This document shows positions 35,931 through 45,657 of a DNA stretch of 64,000 nucleotides, piece by piece. Below the pieces are notes generated by a model, which saw only the letters and a program-made list of their open reading frames with translations, did not search any database and was not told the DNA's origin. This DNA comes from Candidatus Sysuiplasmataceae archaeon (GTDB taxonomy: Archaea > Thermoplasmatota > Thermoplasmata > Sysuiplasmatales > Sysuiplasmataceae), in assembly GCA_046706185.1 (NCBI GenBank), contig JBJKPR010000056.1, forward strand, positions 11,094 to 75,093. Direction: 5' to 3'. The position numbers and the translations under genes were made by a program. The stretch's first letter is position 1; every line of letters starts with the position of its first letter.

Positions 35931-36652
35931 TGCCCCTCACCACAGGGCTGAGGGAGCTTGACGGGGTTCTTGGAGGGGGGTTCATAGAAGGGACAGTAAG
36001 CGCAATAGTGGGACCCCCTGGTTCAGGAGCCGGCGTCTTCGCAAGGCAGTTTGCATCCGTGGGGAGCGAGAGAAGCTACTATTTCTCGACAAGCGACAGT
36101 GCGGATGAGGTTTTCAGCTCGATCAAGAGGTTCGGATGGAAGACAGACGCAACAATAGTGGACATAGGGGACAAGTACCACGACACTGTCCTGATGCGAA
36201 GGCTGGAGGTGACTAAGTACAGGCAGGAGGGGCTGAAGGTCAAGGATGTCCATGATTATGAGGAGATCAACTACAGGCCGTTCAATTTCCTGACTTATCT
36301 CACGCACGAGATATTCAAGATACATCCGCCGTTCAGGGTGGTTGTCGATTCAATGGACTTCTTCATTGACAGCTACGGGTTTGAGGAGGTTCTTGGTGCG
36401 TTGAGGACGCTCAGGGCGTTCACCAACAAGAACAAGAGCCTGCTGATCATCACACTTACAAAGGGAGTTTTCGAGGCAAGCGTGCAGAACACAATAGATG
36501 CGCTCGTGGACACGCTCATAGAGCTTGAAAGAGAAAGGATAGGAAAGAAATTCGAGAACAACCTGATCGTAAGCAAGGTGAAGAACTTCCCAGAGCGGTC
36601 CAGGATCATGCAGTATTCAGTGGGCGAAAACGGCATCACGCTGACCGAGTAG
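35927..36652 (+). CDS. KaiC-like RecA-superfamily protein with degenerate Walker A (GPPGSGAG, Lys->Ala)
   Basis: LRELDGVLGGGFIEGTVSAIVGPPGSGAGVFARQF, then a Walker-B-like VVVDSMDFF. Confidence 0.65.
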   Translation: MMPLTTGLRELDGVLGGGFIEGTVSAIVGPPGSGAGVFARQFASVGSERSYYFSTSDSADEVFSSIKRFGWKTDATIVDIGDKYHDTVLMRRLEVTKYRQEGLKVKDVHDYEEINYRPFNFLTYLTHEIFKIHPPFRVVVDSMDFFIDSYGFEEVLGALRTLRAFTNKNKSLLIITLTKGVFEASVQNTIDALVDTLIELERERIGKKFENNLIVSKVKNFPERSRIMQYSVGENGITLTE

Positions 36653-37159
36653 TCAGAAATCGTTTGTCTGCCTGACCTTCACATGTATCAGCGATGAGGC
36701 GGGAAGCGTTGAAATGACAGTCGTTTCAAACACCCTGTCGACAAACCTCTGTCTAGGATCGCCGTAAGTGAACATGCCGAGCAGGAGATCGAGTGGCAGC
36801 ATTATGAACCAGAATAGCTTTGAAATGTTCCTGAACATTGCTTCTAACAACGAAAGTTCTCCCTTTTCGCTTGAGACCCTGAGCGATGCTATCTTCTTTC
36901 CGAGGGTGTAGCCGTAGAAATACTCGCTAAGCGCCGAATACGTGAACCAGCAGACGCCCGACGCAATGCCGACAAACAGGTCGAAGTACGTCTTCTGGAG
37001 GCCAAAGGAGAGGGCTATCGCCCAGACGGGCACGAAAACAGTTGCAATGTCAATCACACCGGCACCCGCCCTCTTCATCCAGTGAGCCCTCAGGACCCTG
37101 TTTCTGAAGAGCATCTCAAACGCTATCGACATCCCAATCCCGACCATGTTATTGCGCAC
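36653..37159 (-). CDS. RDD-family membrane protein
   Basis: R..A..IDxxxV...GYTLGKKIASLRV...RQRFVDRVFETTV matches the RDD signature. Three to four TM segments. Confidence 0.65.
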   Translation of the reverse strand: MRNNMVGIGMSIAFEMLFRNRVLRAHWMKRAGAGVIDIATVFVPVWAIALSFGLQKTYFDLFVGIASGVCWFTYSALSEYFYGYTLGKKIASLRVSSEKGELSLLEAMFRNISKLFWFIMLPLDLLLGMFTYGDPRQRFVDRVFETTVISTLPASSLIHVKVRQTNDF

Positions 37160-37238
37160 ATGAGATATAATGATATCGAATCGTCTGACAGTTGTCAGTC
37201 GTTTGGTGGAAGCCTGGCTTATTTGGGCGTCGCGGAAG

Positions 37239-40178
37239 TCATTCTATATACCTCAACGCGGACGATGGCTCTATCCTGGACACGGCCCTGACAGAGCTGA
37301 GGACGGCTGCTACAGTCAGGCCTATGGATATCAGGACAAGCCCGGCTATGGCGGACGGGTAGTAGTCGAAGGAAAGCAGGTTGCTCAGCCTTTGTGATAT
37401 TATGTAGCCATTGAGCATGCTCATCAAAACCCCGATCAGTGAACCTGAAAGGGCGATGAACACGAATTCAAGCAGGAAGGAAGCTGATACCATCCTCCTT
37501 GTAAAGCCCAGGGCACGCAGGAGGCCGATCTGCTGGTATCTTTCTACCACCGATCGCATCGCTATTATCCCAAGCCCGGCTGTTCCTGCAACGAGGCCCA
37601 TTGCGATGAATATCTCAGTCATCTCGACAATGCCGTTGATCGCCATAGTCAGCTGCTGCGTGATGAGTGAGAGGTCTATGACCACTGGGTTGTATGCAAC
37701 CAGATCCTTCCTCACCTGTATTGACACAGCCGTGGCAGAAACACCCTGTTTCACCTTCACCATCAGAACCGGATAGGAATGCCCAAGCAGGCCAAGTGAG
37801 GAGAGGGTGTGTTCTGTGACAAAGATGCCCTGGAGCGCGAACTCGTTCAGTATACCCACGACGGTGACTTTCTGGGATGTGTGGTTGGCGCCATAGAGAG
37901 TCAGCACACTGCCGACGCCCACCTTCGCGTGCACCGGGCTTGCCTGGGCAAAGTTGTCCTGAGAAATTCCGGCGAGCGTCATATCTATGATCGCAAGAGA
38001 GCTGTTGTGCGCAACTGCGTCCCAGGCCGCAGAGGGAGAGCTGTATGCAGGCGAAAGGCTGTAGAAACTGTAGCTGTTGTGTGAGTAGAAGGGAGACGCG
38101 TCCCATAATGTTAGACCGATTACAGGATACACGAATGCAGACGGTCCGCTGCCGCCGTACGTCACTCCTGTGCTCACATCGTAGATGAGGCTGGAGTACG
38201 CTACCGAGGAGGACACGTTTGCATCCTGCTGCAATGCGGCAGTCATGTTGCCTCCGTTCGCACTGTAAACGACGAAGTTGTAACCTCCGCTCTGGTCGTT
38301 GACAGTCCGAACGGCTGCCGTGTTTATCATCGACCCGAGTATAGACACGGATACGATGCCGAATATGACAAACGAGAAAAGGGAGAGGGAAAGCGCAGTT
38401 CTCATCTTCCTCTCCGCAGGATAGGCAAAGGCCTGGCGAACCGTTGGAACGAATGTACCGCGGCTGTTTCGCCTTGGTTTGAGAACTTTAAGCAAGAGGG
38501 GAAGGAATGAGAAGAAAAGCATCAGTCCGCCAGTCACAAGGAAGATCCCAGACTCGACGTAAACGTAGTATGATGTGCTGTAGCTGGACGGAAAGATGTC
38601 CCATGAGGCTGGAAGGCCGTACTGGAGAATCAGAGCCGCCCCTATCATGCCCGTGAATATCTCGTTCTGCCTGAAAGTATAGAGGAAGGAGAATGCGGAT
38701 ATGGAGAAGAGGGAGAGGGAGAGCATCGAAAGAAGAAGCGATCCGGACTCTGTTCCGTAGTATAGTGAAATCGCCGCTCCGGCAGCGAGAAGCGCCGGAG
38801 GGACAAACCGCCTCGCGCTCCTGGAGGGCAGCCTGCCGTACGCTGACCTGCGGAGTGCGTCCACAATGCTGAACCTGCTTATTCTGTAGCTTGTTGCTGT
38901 TATTATCAGATATGTTACAAGAGCGCCGGCTGCAAAACCAGTGATTATGTCAGCGGGCGTCACAGTGAATGACCCTAACAGTATGTTCGTCTCCCTGATA
39001 GGAGCAGCGAATGTACTGCCGAACAGTAGAATGAAGCCGTATACCATAAGAAAACCTATTCCAATGCCTACGAACGATCCCACGAAGCATGACAGGAGAG
39101 AGTAGACGAACCCCTCAGTGACGAACCCCCCGACTATCTTCTGGCGTGTTACTCCTATTGCGCGGAGGGTGCCAAGGTCTCTCATTCTTTCCTCGGCAAG
39201 CATGTAGAAAATGACGACCACCAGTATTAAGCCGGCAGCAATCGCGAACAGGCTCAGTGCGAGGTAGAGGTCTGCGATATCGCTGATCTGTGCCCTGATA
39301 GTGGTGAGCTGGTCCTGGAGAACAGGAAAGGCGGTCAGTCCCGTACCAAGAGCATTGTTCACATTGTCAACAGCTGAATTGAGAACAGGCATGACAGCGT
39401 CGGTCTGGGCAACCGCCCCGAGTATGCTGCCTGTGTTGGCCACCGCAATGATGTTGATGCTGCCGTTGACTCCCAGGAGCGACTGAGCAAAAGACAGCGG
39501 CACGAATATGTTGTAGCCTGAATCAAAGTATCCCCTGTAGTTGTCCTTCACAACAGCAGCGATGGTGCCCGTGAAGGAGTGCCCCCCGCCTGCAAAGACT
39601 GTTATCGTGTCGCCGGCGGATGCATTCAACTGGGCAGCTGCGAGCTGGTCTATCAGAACGCTCCCCTGAGGCATGGCGCTGACCACGCTGCCGTTGACAG
39701 ATACAAAGTCGCCAAGGATGCTGTTTGAATACCATGGTGCTCCGATGAACCCGATGTTTGAATATGGCACACCGCTGGTGTTGTCATAGGCACTCGCAGT
39801 GGTGTAGATCATAGGAACCGCGCCGGAGACATTCGAGTCTGAAGAAAGAGTGTCGTTTATCTGCTGGTAGGCCTCGTAACTGAAAAGCCCGCCGGATAGG
39901 GGACCTCCGCTGGTGACAGTCTCGTCAATGTGCCCGTAGCTGAGCGTCACCATGTTGTCGCTCAGAGTAAGCATTGTGCTCCTCATGACGAGGGCGCCGC
40001 TTATCATTGCCGAGCCTATCATGAGACCGGCGATTATGAGGACGACCCTCTTCCTGTTACCGAAGGCGCTTTTCATGAAAAGCCTGAATATGTGCCTGTT
40101 GAGAAGTATGAGCAGCAATGATACTGCGACAGCGAGAGCAAATGTTGCCTCAAGCACCGAGAGGAAGTCCAGCGTCAT
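37239..40178 (-). CDS. Large ABC transporter permease, FtsX/MacB family (two FtsX domains, 979 aa)
   Basis: Two four-TM FtsX-like modules separated by large extracytoplasmic domains. Translationally coupled to the upstream ABC ATPase: stop and start overlap at 40178. Confidence 0.7.
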   Translation of the reverse strand: MTLDFLSVLEATFALAVAVSLLLILLNRHIFRLFMKSAFGNRKRVVLIIAGLMIGSAMISGALVMRSTMLTLSDNMVTLSYGHIDETVTSGGPLSGGLFSYEAYQQINDTLSSDSNVSGAVPMIYTTASAYDNTSGVPYSNIGFIGAPWYSNSILGDFVSVNGSVVSAMPQGSVLIDQLAAAQLNASAGDTITVFAGGGHSFTGTIAAVVKDNYRGYFDSGYNIFVPLSFAQSLLGVNGSINIIAVANTGSILGAVAQTDAVMPVLNSAVDNVNNALGTGLTAFPVLQDQLTTIRAQISDIADLYLALSLFAIAAGLILVVVIFYMLAEERMRDLGTLRAIGVTRQKIVGGFVTEGFVYSLLSCFVGSFVGIGIGFLMVYGFILLFGSTFAAPIRETNILLGSFTVTPADIITGFAAGALVTYLIITATSYRISRFSIVDALRRSAYGRLPSRSARRFVPPALLAAGAAISLYYGTESGSLLLSMLSLSLFSISAFSFLYTFRQNEIFTGMIGAALILQYGLPASWDIFPSSYSTSYYVYVESGIFLVTGGLMLFFSFLPLLLKVLKPRRNSRGTFVPTVRQAFAYPAERKMRTALSLSLFSFVIFGIVSVSILGSMINTAAVRTVNDQSGGYNFVVYSANGGNMTAALQQDANVSSSVAYSSLIYDVSTGVTYGGSGPSAFVYPVIGLTLWDASPFYSHNSYSFYSLSPAYSSPSAAWDAVAHNSSLAIIDMTLAGISQDNFAQASPVHAKVGVGSVLTLYGANHTSQKVTVVGILNEFALQGIFVTEHTLSSLGLLGHSYPVLMVKVKQGVSATAVSIQVRKDLVAYNPVVIDLSLITQQLTMAINGIVEMTEIFIAMGLVAGTAGLGIIAMRSVVERYQQIGLLRALGFTRRMVSASFLLEFVFIALSGSLIGVLMSMLNGYIISQRLSNLLSFDYYPSAIAGLVLISIGLTVAAVLSSVRAVSRIEPSSALRYIE

Positions 40179-40879
40179 TATATCATGCCAGCCCGATTGT
40201 CAACTATCTTTCCATCCATTATTCGTATCGTTCTGGCGGTGTACGATGCGACACGCTCGTCGTGGGTTACCACGACAACAGTTGCGGAGAGTGTCTTGTT
40301 GAGGTCGTTGAAAAGTTCCATTATCACCCTCCCTGCCTCAGTGTCGAGGTTCCCGGTGGGCTCATCGGCCCAGATGACCTCGGGGCTGTTGACAAGGGCT
40401 CTGGCAATTGCTGCCCGCTGCTGTTCTCCTCCAGATAGCTGCGATGGCTTGAACTGTGCCCTGTTGCTCATTCCCACTAGCTCCAGCGTGTGAAGCGCCT
40501 TCTGCCTTGCGGTTGAAGCTTTTTCACCCAGTATCAGGGCAGGAAGCTCGACGTTTTCGACAGTTGTGAAGACCGGGAGAAGCGCATAGTTCTGGAATAC
40601 GAAGCCCATGTTTCTTGCCCTGAACCTGCTTATCTCACTGTCGCTCATATCAGCTATGTTTGTGCCTTTCACAAGAACCGCCCCCTCGCTTATCCTGTCA
40701 AGCCCAGAAAGGCAGTTCAGAAGAGTTGTTTTTCCCGAGCCGGAGGGCCCCATGACGGATATGAATTCGCCCTTCCCTATCCGTATGTTCACATGACTTA
40801 TTGCGGCAAACCTCTCCTTCCCGGAAAGGTAGTACTTGCTTACATCTCTTGCCTCGATGACGATGCTGTCGTTCTGCAT
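40178..40879 (-). CDS. ABC transporter ATP-binding protein (MacB/LolD-like)
   Basis: Walker A GPSGSGKTTLLN. LSGGEQQRAAIARAL. IWADEPTGNLD. Confidence 0.85.
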   Translation of the reverse strand: MQNDSIVIEARDVSKYYLSGKERFAAISHVNIRIGKGEFISVMGPSGSGKTTLLNCLSGLDRISEGAVLVKGTNIADMSDSEISRFRARNMGFVFQNYALLPVFTTVENVELPALILGEKASTARQKALHTLELVGMSNRAQFKPSQLSGGEQQRAAIARALVNSPEVIWADEPTGNLDTEAGRVIMELFNDLNKTLSATVVVVTHDERVASYTARTIRIMDGKIVDNRAGMI

Positions 40880-40977
40880 TTTGCGGCTCCGGGTACGGTC
40901 TTACGGGACATTCTGCCCGATAGATAAACTATGCGAGGCTTGCCTGAGGAGGACAGGCTTTCAGGCTGTCGTCGTAT

Positions 40978-41421
40978 TCACCTGACGATTAGTACGGAGG
41001 ACGGTGAGTCGGCGGCTACCCGTTCAGAGACGGAACCGAAGATTATACCCCTCCTGTAACCTCTTCTCCTGTTCCCCAGCAGTATCAGGTCGACTTTCAT
41101 ATCCTCGGCGGCATCGAGTATTGCATGGACAGGATCGGAAACAACCACGAGACCCTTTGCCCTGGAGATGCCGTGTGATCTTGCGAAATCCACTTTCTCC
41201 TCCATCCTCTCCTTCGCTTCCTTTACGCGTTCCTCCTGCATCTGCATGTTCACCATGATCGAATCGGGTGCTGTCTCGCTTCCTGCTATCATATGCGGTG
41301 TCACCGCATGAAGCAGGAAGAGGTGCGCCTGCCTGTGGTTCTGGAGCAGTTTGATCGCAAAGTCAAACGCCTTTTCCGCCTCAGGGGTGAAGTCCATGGC
41401 TACAAGAACGCCTTTAAGCAC
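40978..41421 (-). CDS. Universal stress protein (UspA family)
   Basis: C-terminal ATP-binding motif ILLGNRRRGYRRGIIFGSVSERV. Start set to GTG 41421 (VLKGVLVAMDF...), which gives 147 aa. Confidence 0.65.
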   Translation of the reverse strand: MLKGVLVAMDFTPEAEKAFDFAIKLLQNHRQAHLFLLHAVTPHMIAGSETAPDSIMVNMQMQEERVKEAKERMEEKVDFARSHGISRAKGLVVVSDPVHAILDAAEDMKVDLILLGNRRRGYRRGIIFGSVSERVAADSPSSVLIVR

Positions 41422-41648
41422 AGCGACTTCGTGCTGTGCCTCGCCCGCGGTGTCTTCGCTGCTTCTGGCCCTGTCACCGCGATTGCGATCTCTCACCCTG
41501 TGCTTCCTGGTCGCAGCCACGACACTGAAATGAGGGCGGGGCGTATTAAACGGGCAGGCTGAGATGTCAGGTATCTGGTTAAAATAGAAACCGGCGGTGG
41601 CAACCCATTTTATCGGATGACGCAGATCATGCAGGCTGGTGTTCAGAG

Positions 41649-42131
41649 ATGTTGGTTGATTTTAAACTTAAACGGGCGCCACCGTACAAGGTCGCGTGGC
41701 TGGCGGAGGAAAAGGCGTACAGCGACAGGGCAATCAGGGCATCGTTCAGCCGTGTTGCCCAGTGGGCGGCGTCGAAGGGTTACAGCACAGGCAAATGGCT
41801 GTTCATCGAGCAGTACGAAGAGGGAGGAACACTGAGATGGAATGCATGCATCGAGGTAAAGTGCAATGCAAAGGGAGAGGGCGGTATCGGAGTCAAGACA
41901 ATAAAGTCCTCTGACGTTGTCAGCGTCTCATTCAACCCGGATGAGGTTTCTTCGAGGCTTGTATATCACGGCATCAACGACTGGGTACGGTGGAGAAAGA
42001 AGGAGGGGACAATATCCAGGAGCGGCAGGTTCAGGGAAGTTTACCCCGGAGACCCGTGGAAAGATGCAAGCGCATGGAGCAACGTTGAAGTGCAGCTGAC
42101 GATTGAGAAGGGCAAGAGAGGGAAGGAGTAG
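41649..42131 (+). CDS. GyrI-like small-molecule-binding domain protein (tentative)
   Basis: About 160 aa. The pattern resembles AraC-effector/GyrI-like domains. The assignment is weak. Confidence 0.3.
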   Translation: MLVDFKLKRAPPYKVAWLAEEKAYSDRAIRASFSRVAQWAASKGYSTGKWLFIEQYEEGGTLRWNACIEVKCNAKGEGGIGVKTIKSSDVVSVSFNPDEVSSRLVYHGINDWVRWRKKEGTISRSGRFREVYPGDPWKDASAWSNVEVQLTIEKGKRGKE

Positions 42132-42200
42132 AGGAGAGGGCAGCTTTGCCAAGCACTTCATTGGCGTCGCAATGATCCCATTGATTCAGGTGAACTGCGC

Positions 42201-42884
42201 ATGAAGGTGGCGGAAGGCATTTTCAGGGTGGAAGGCGTCAGAGGGAATGTCTATCTTCTCTCAGGAGAGAAGCTGATGCTGGTAGATACGGGAATGCCGG
42301 GCAGCGGACCAAAGATAGTCAGGTTCATAAGGGAAGAACTGAAGCGCGACGAGCACGAACTCTCCATGATAGTGCTCACACATCAGCACATAGACCATGC
42401 GGGCTCTGCACTCTGGCTCAAGGGGGCAACTCGAGCCAGAATAGCAATACACGAGGATGACGCCGACTACGTATCGGGCAGAAGGGAACCACTCAGGCCG
42501 AAGGGGGCAGCGGGGGTAGCATTCGCAGTTTTCTCCCCTTTTTTCAAGCTGAGGACATTCGACCCAGACCTACTGCTGAGGGATGGTGAAATGCTGGGGC
42601 CCTTCAGAATCGTGCACATTCCGGGACACACTCCGGGCAGCATAGCGATATGCGACGATGCAAACGGGCTTGTTTTTTCAGGCGACATAGTCTCAACGAG
42701 GTCAGGGAGGGCCGCTTTCCCGCCGCGATCGTTCAACAGCGACGGAAGCAAAATGAGGGAATCCTTAAGTGCGCTGCTTTCCAGGCATCAGGGCCTGCTT
42801 CTCCCGGGTCATGGGGAGCCTGTCCGGTCGGGGGTGGCGGCCAGACTGCTCACTGACGGCCCCCCGGAGCGGGTGAAGGTGTAG
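42201..42884 (+). CDS. MBL-fold metallo-hydrolase
   Basis: HxHxDH motif VLTHQHIDHAGS. Downstream HIPGHTPG. Confidence 0.75.
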   Translation: MKVAEGIFRVEGVRGNVYLLSGEKLMLVDTGMPGSGPKIVRFIREELKRDEHELSMIVLTHQHIDHAGSALWLKGATRARIAIHEDDADYVSGRREPLRPKGAAGVAFAVFSPFFKLRTFDPDLLLRDGEMLGPFRIVHIPGHTPGSIAICDDANGLVFSGDIVSTRSGRAAFPPRSFNSDGSKMRESLSALLSRHQGLLLPGHGEPVRSGVAARLLTDGPPERVKV

Positions 42885-42905
42885 AAGATAAATCCCGGTG
42901 AGCAG

Positions 42906-43727
42906 TTGCGGAGGAACATGAAGATATCCAGAGATGGAAGCCAGGCTGAGATAGAAACGCTTGGAGCCTATCTGAGTTCGCTTGTCCTTGACGGTCGTGA
43001 GATACTGCTGAAGTCGGAGGATGGAAGGCAGACACACGGGGGCGCATGCAACCTTATACCGTATGCGGGAAGGATCAGGAACGGAGAGTACTATTCAGGA
43101 GGAAGGAGGTACAGCTTCCCGAAGGAAAAGGAAGGAAACAGCATACACGGCTTCTCGAGAAACAGAGAGTTCACTACGGCCGGCACTTCCGCGGGCTATG
43201 CATGTCTTAAGGCTGTTCTTTCAGACAGGGGATATCCCTCGACGCTCGATCTGTCTGTCGATTACAGGCTTGAAAGGAAGTCCATCTCCGTTTCCTACAC
43301 AGCGCAGAATACTGGCGCGGCAGATGCGCCTCTTGTCATAGGAAGCCATCCTTACTTTATCACGGAGGGAAGATGGAAGATACTGCCGTCGGTGCCTGCA
43401 AGGGAGCTGCACCTTTCGGACGGCTATTTTCCGGACGGATCGTTCAGGCAGTTTGACTTTGACAGGTATCTTGATGAAGTCCCGCTCGACAACTGCTTCG
43501 AGGGGGGAGGGGATCTGCGCCTTTCGAGTGGGCGCGGCGACATTGTGATCCGCAGGAGGAGGATGGATTACTTCCTCGTGTACAACGGAGCATATGCACG
43601 TGGGTCGTCGGTGGCAATTGAGCCGATGACGGGCGCGCCGGATGCTTTCAACAACGGCATCGGTCTCAACGTCCTTGCCCCGGGACAGAAATTCGAGTGC
43701 GAATACTCAATAACGCTTCCGCAATAG
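42906..43727 (+). CDS. Aldose 1-epimerase family protein
   Basis: IPYAGRIRNGEY...NSIHGF and IGSHPYF match mutarotase-family active-site regions. Confidence 0.5.
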   Translation: MRRNMKISRDGSQAEIETLGAYLSSLVLDGREILLKSEDGRQTHGGACNLIPYAGRIRNGEYYSGGRRYSFPKEKEGNSIHGFSRNREFTTAGTSAGYACLKAVLSDRGYPSTLDLSVDYRLERKSISVSYTAQNTGAADAPLVIGSHPYFITEGRWKILPSVPARELHLSDGYFPDGSFRQFDFDRYLDEVPLDNCFEGGGDLRLSSGRGDIVIRRRRMDYFLVYNGAYARGSSVAIEPMTGAPDAFNNGIGLNVLAPGQKFECEYSITLPQ

Positions 43728-43745
43728 AGATTAACCCGGCGTTCA

Positions 43746-44870
43746 ATGGGCGGTCACACGGCAGAGAGTATGACAGCGCTGAATGACGGTTACATCGAAC
43801 TGGGCTCGGTGAGGGGCAGCATGCTTGTAAGCAGAGCCGCAGTGGAACTTCTCCGCTCGGTCGACTCGTTCGCGTTCGACTGCGACGGAACGCTGCTCAA
43901 CTCAGAGGAGTCTTACGTTAGGGCCACCTTCGAGACAGCGAGGACGCTGTTCGAACGGCTTCACGGGCGGGGCATCGAAACAGGAAAGCAGGGGAGGCGT
44001 ATACTGTCATGGCTGAGACAGACGGGTGAATACAACAACGACTGGGACAGCACATTCGCTCTTGTCTGTTTCACCTCGATGGCGGAGGCTGAGCTCGACG
44101 GGGCAGGCGGAAGCAAGCTCCCTGCTGCCCTCATGGACAGGGCAGGGGACATAGCGTCTGAATTCATTTCCTCCGCGGACAGGAAGGATGCCGCCTCGCT
44201 GAAAGAGTTCATGAAACGTCGTTATGCTTCTCTTGCGAAGAAGGACGAGTTCGACCGCATATCCGGGTTCCTGAACTATCCAGGTGGCCCGGAGAGGAGC
44301 CCTGTTTCAAACGTGTATATGAAGTTCTACCTCGGAAAAAACCCGGACGACGGCTGGGACGGGAACTACCGGCCGCTCGATTACGGGAATGGGCTCATAA
44401 GCAAAGAGCGCCCCCTTGTCGATGCCCGGACTATGAGCCAGATCATATCCCTATCGGGAGGAAGAAAGCCTGCGATACTGACAGGCAGCTGGAGGAGCAC
44501 TGTTTCTGCAAGCCTGGGCCACCTTGCCCAGTACTTCGACATGGGTGCATCGATGTTCATAGGAGACATGGAGAACGAAGGTTCGCCAGATGTTGCACAC
44601 TTCAGGAAACCATCCGACAGGGGGCTGCTCCGAGCAATTGAATTGATTGGTTCAGACTGCTTGCTGTACACTGGAGACTCCGGTGAGGACATGATTATGG
44701 TCTCCGCTGCAAGGAAGAAAGGGGCCAGGGTGCTGTTCGCCGGCGTGACAGATAATACGCCCGACCCTGAGGAGTTCAGGAAGTACTTCATCGAGAAGGG
44801 AGCCGATGCGGTCCTGCACAGCGCCTCCCAGATACCGGAGCTCATGAATGAGCTCGGGCGCATCAGCTGA
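43746..44870 (+). CDS. HAD-superfamily hydrolase with large cap insertion
   Basis: Motif I FAFDCDGTLL (DxDGT). Motif IV YTGDSGEDM. Confidence 0.5.
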   Translation: MGGHTAESMTALNDGYIELGSVRGSMLVSRAAVELLRSVDSFAFDCDGTLLNSEESYVRATFETARTLFERLHGRGIETGKQGRRILSWLRQTGEYNNDWDSTFALVCFTSMAEAELDGAGGSKLPAALMDRAGDIASEFISSADRKDAASLKEFMKRRYASLAKKDEFDRISGFLNYPGGPERSPVSNVYMKFYLGKNPDDGWDGNYRPLDYGNGLISKERPLVDARTMSQIISLSGGRKPAILTGSWRSTVSASLGHLAQYFDMGASMFIGDMENEGSPDVAHFRKPSDRGLLRAIELIGSDCLLYTGDSGEDMIMVSAARKKGARVLFAGVTDNTPDPEEFRKYFIEKGADAVLHSASQIPELMNELGRIS

Positions 44871-45657
44871 GGGACGAACGACTCGCTGTCGCCTCCTTCA
44901 GCGACCTTACAAAGCTGCCCACCTCTTCCGGTCCCTGCCCTGCGCCCACTCTTGAAACTATTGCGCTTCCCACAACTATGCCGTCAGCCCCGGATGCGGC
45001 CAGCTGGGAGACGTGCCCTGGTGTGGAGATGCCGAAGCCGACAGCCACAGGAACCGGCGCTATCTTCTTGTATGACGAGAGGAGACCGACAGCCTGCTCA
45101 GGCAGCGAGGATCCCTCTCCCGTGGTGCCGTACCTGCTGACGACATACAGAAAGCCGCTTGTGCTTGAGGCAATCCTGCCCGCCCTTTCCGGTCCCGTAG
45201 CAGGCGAGGCGAGAAGTATGTTGTCGATAGAGCGGCGCCTGCACGCATTTCTCAGTGCCCTTCCCTCCTCAAGGGGCAGGTCTGGTACTATGACGCCTGA
45301 AATGCCTGCATCCGACAGGGAAGAGACGAAGCCCTCCTCCCCCATCCTGTGGATTGTGTTGTAGTAGCACATGACAACGACGGGAACAGCACTGCCCAGG
45401 GCGGAGCACCAGCTTATCACGCTCCCCACCCTCGTGCCTGCAGAGAGAGACCTGACACCTGCGGCCTGTACCGACGGGCCGTCCGCTATCGGGTCCGAGA
45501 ACGGAATTCCGACCTCGATTATGTCCGAATGCGCTGCTACAGCGCGAGCATAGGAAAGAAAAGACTCTGGATCGGGATCGCCTCCCATGAGATACGAGAT
45601 GAGTGCTGCCCTTCCCTCCGACGAAGAACGCCTGAATGCTTCGGCCAGACCGCTCAA
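44863..45657 (-). CDS. trpA: Tryptophan synthase alpha subunit
   Basis: [10 protein letters not shown]...[15 protein letters not shown]. Confidence 0.9.
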   Translation of the reverse strand: MSGLAEAFRRSSSEGRAALISYLMGGDPDPESFLSYARAVAAHSDIIEVGIPFSDPIADGPSVQAAGVRSLSAGTRVGSVISWCSALGSAVPVVVMCYYNTIHRMGEEGFVSSLSDAGISGVIVPDLPLEEGRALRNACRRRSIDNILLASPATGPERAGRIASSTSGFLYVVSRYGTTGEGSSLPEQAVGLLSSYKKIAPVPVAVGFGISTPGHVSQLAASGADGIVVGSAIVSRVGAGQGPEEVGSFVRSLKEATASRSSLS

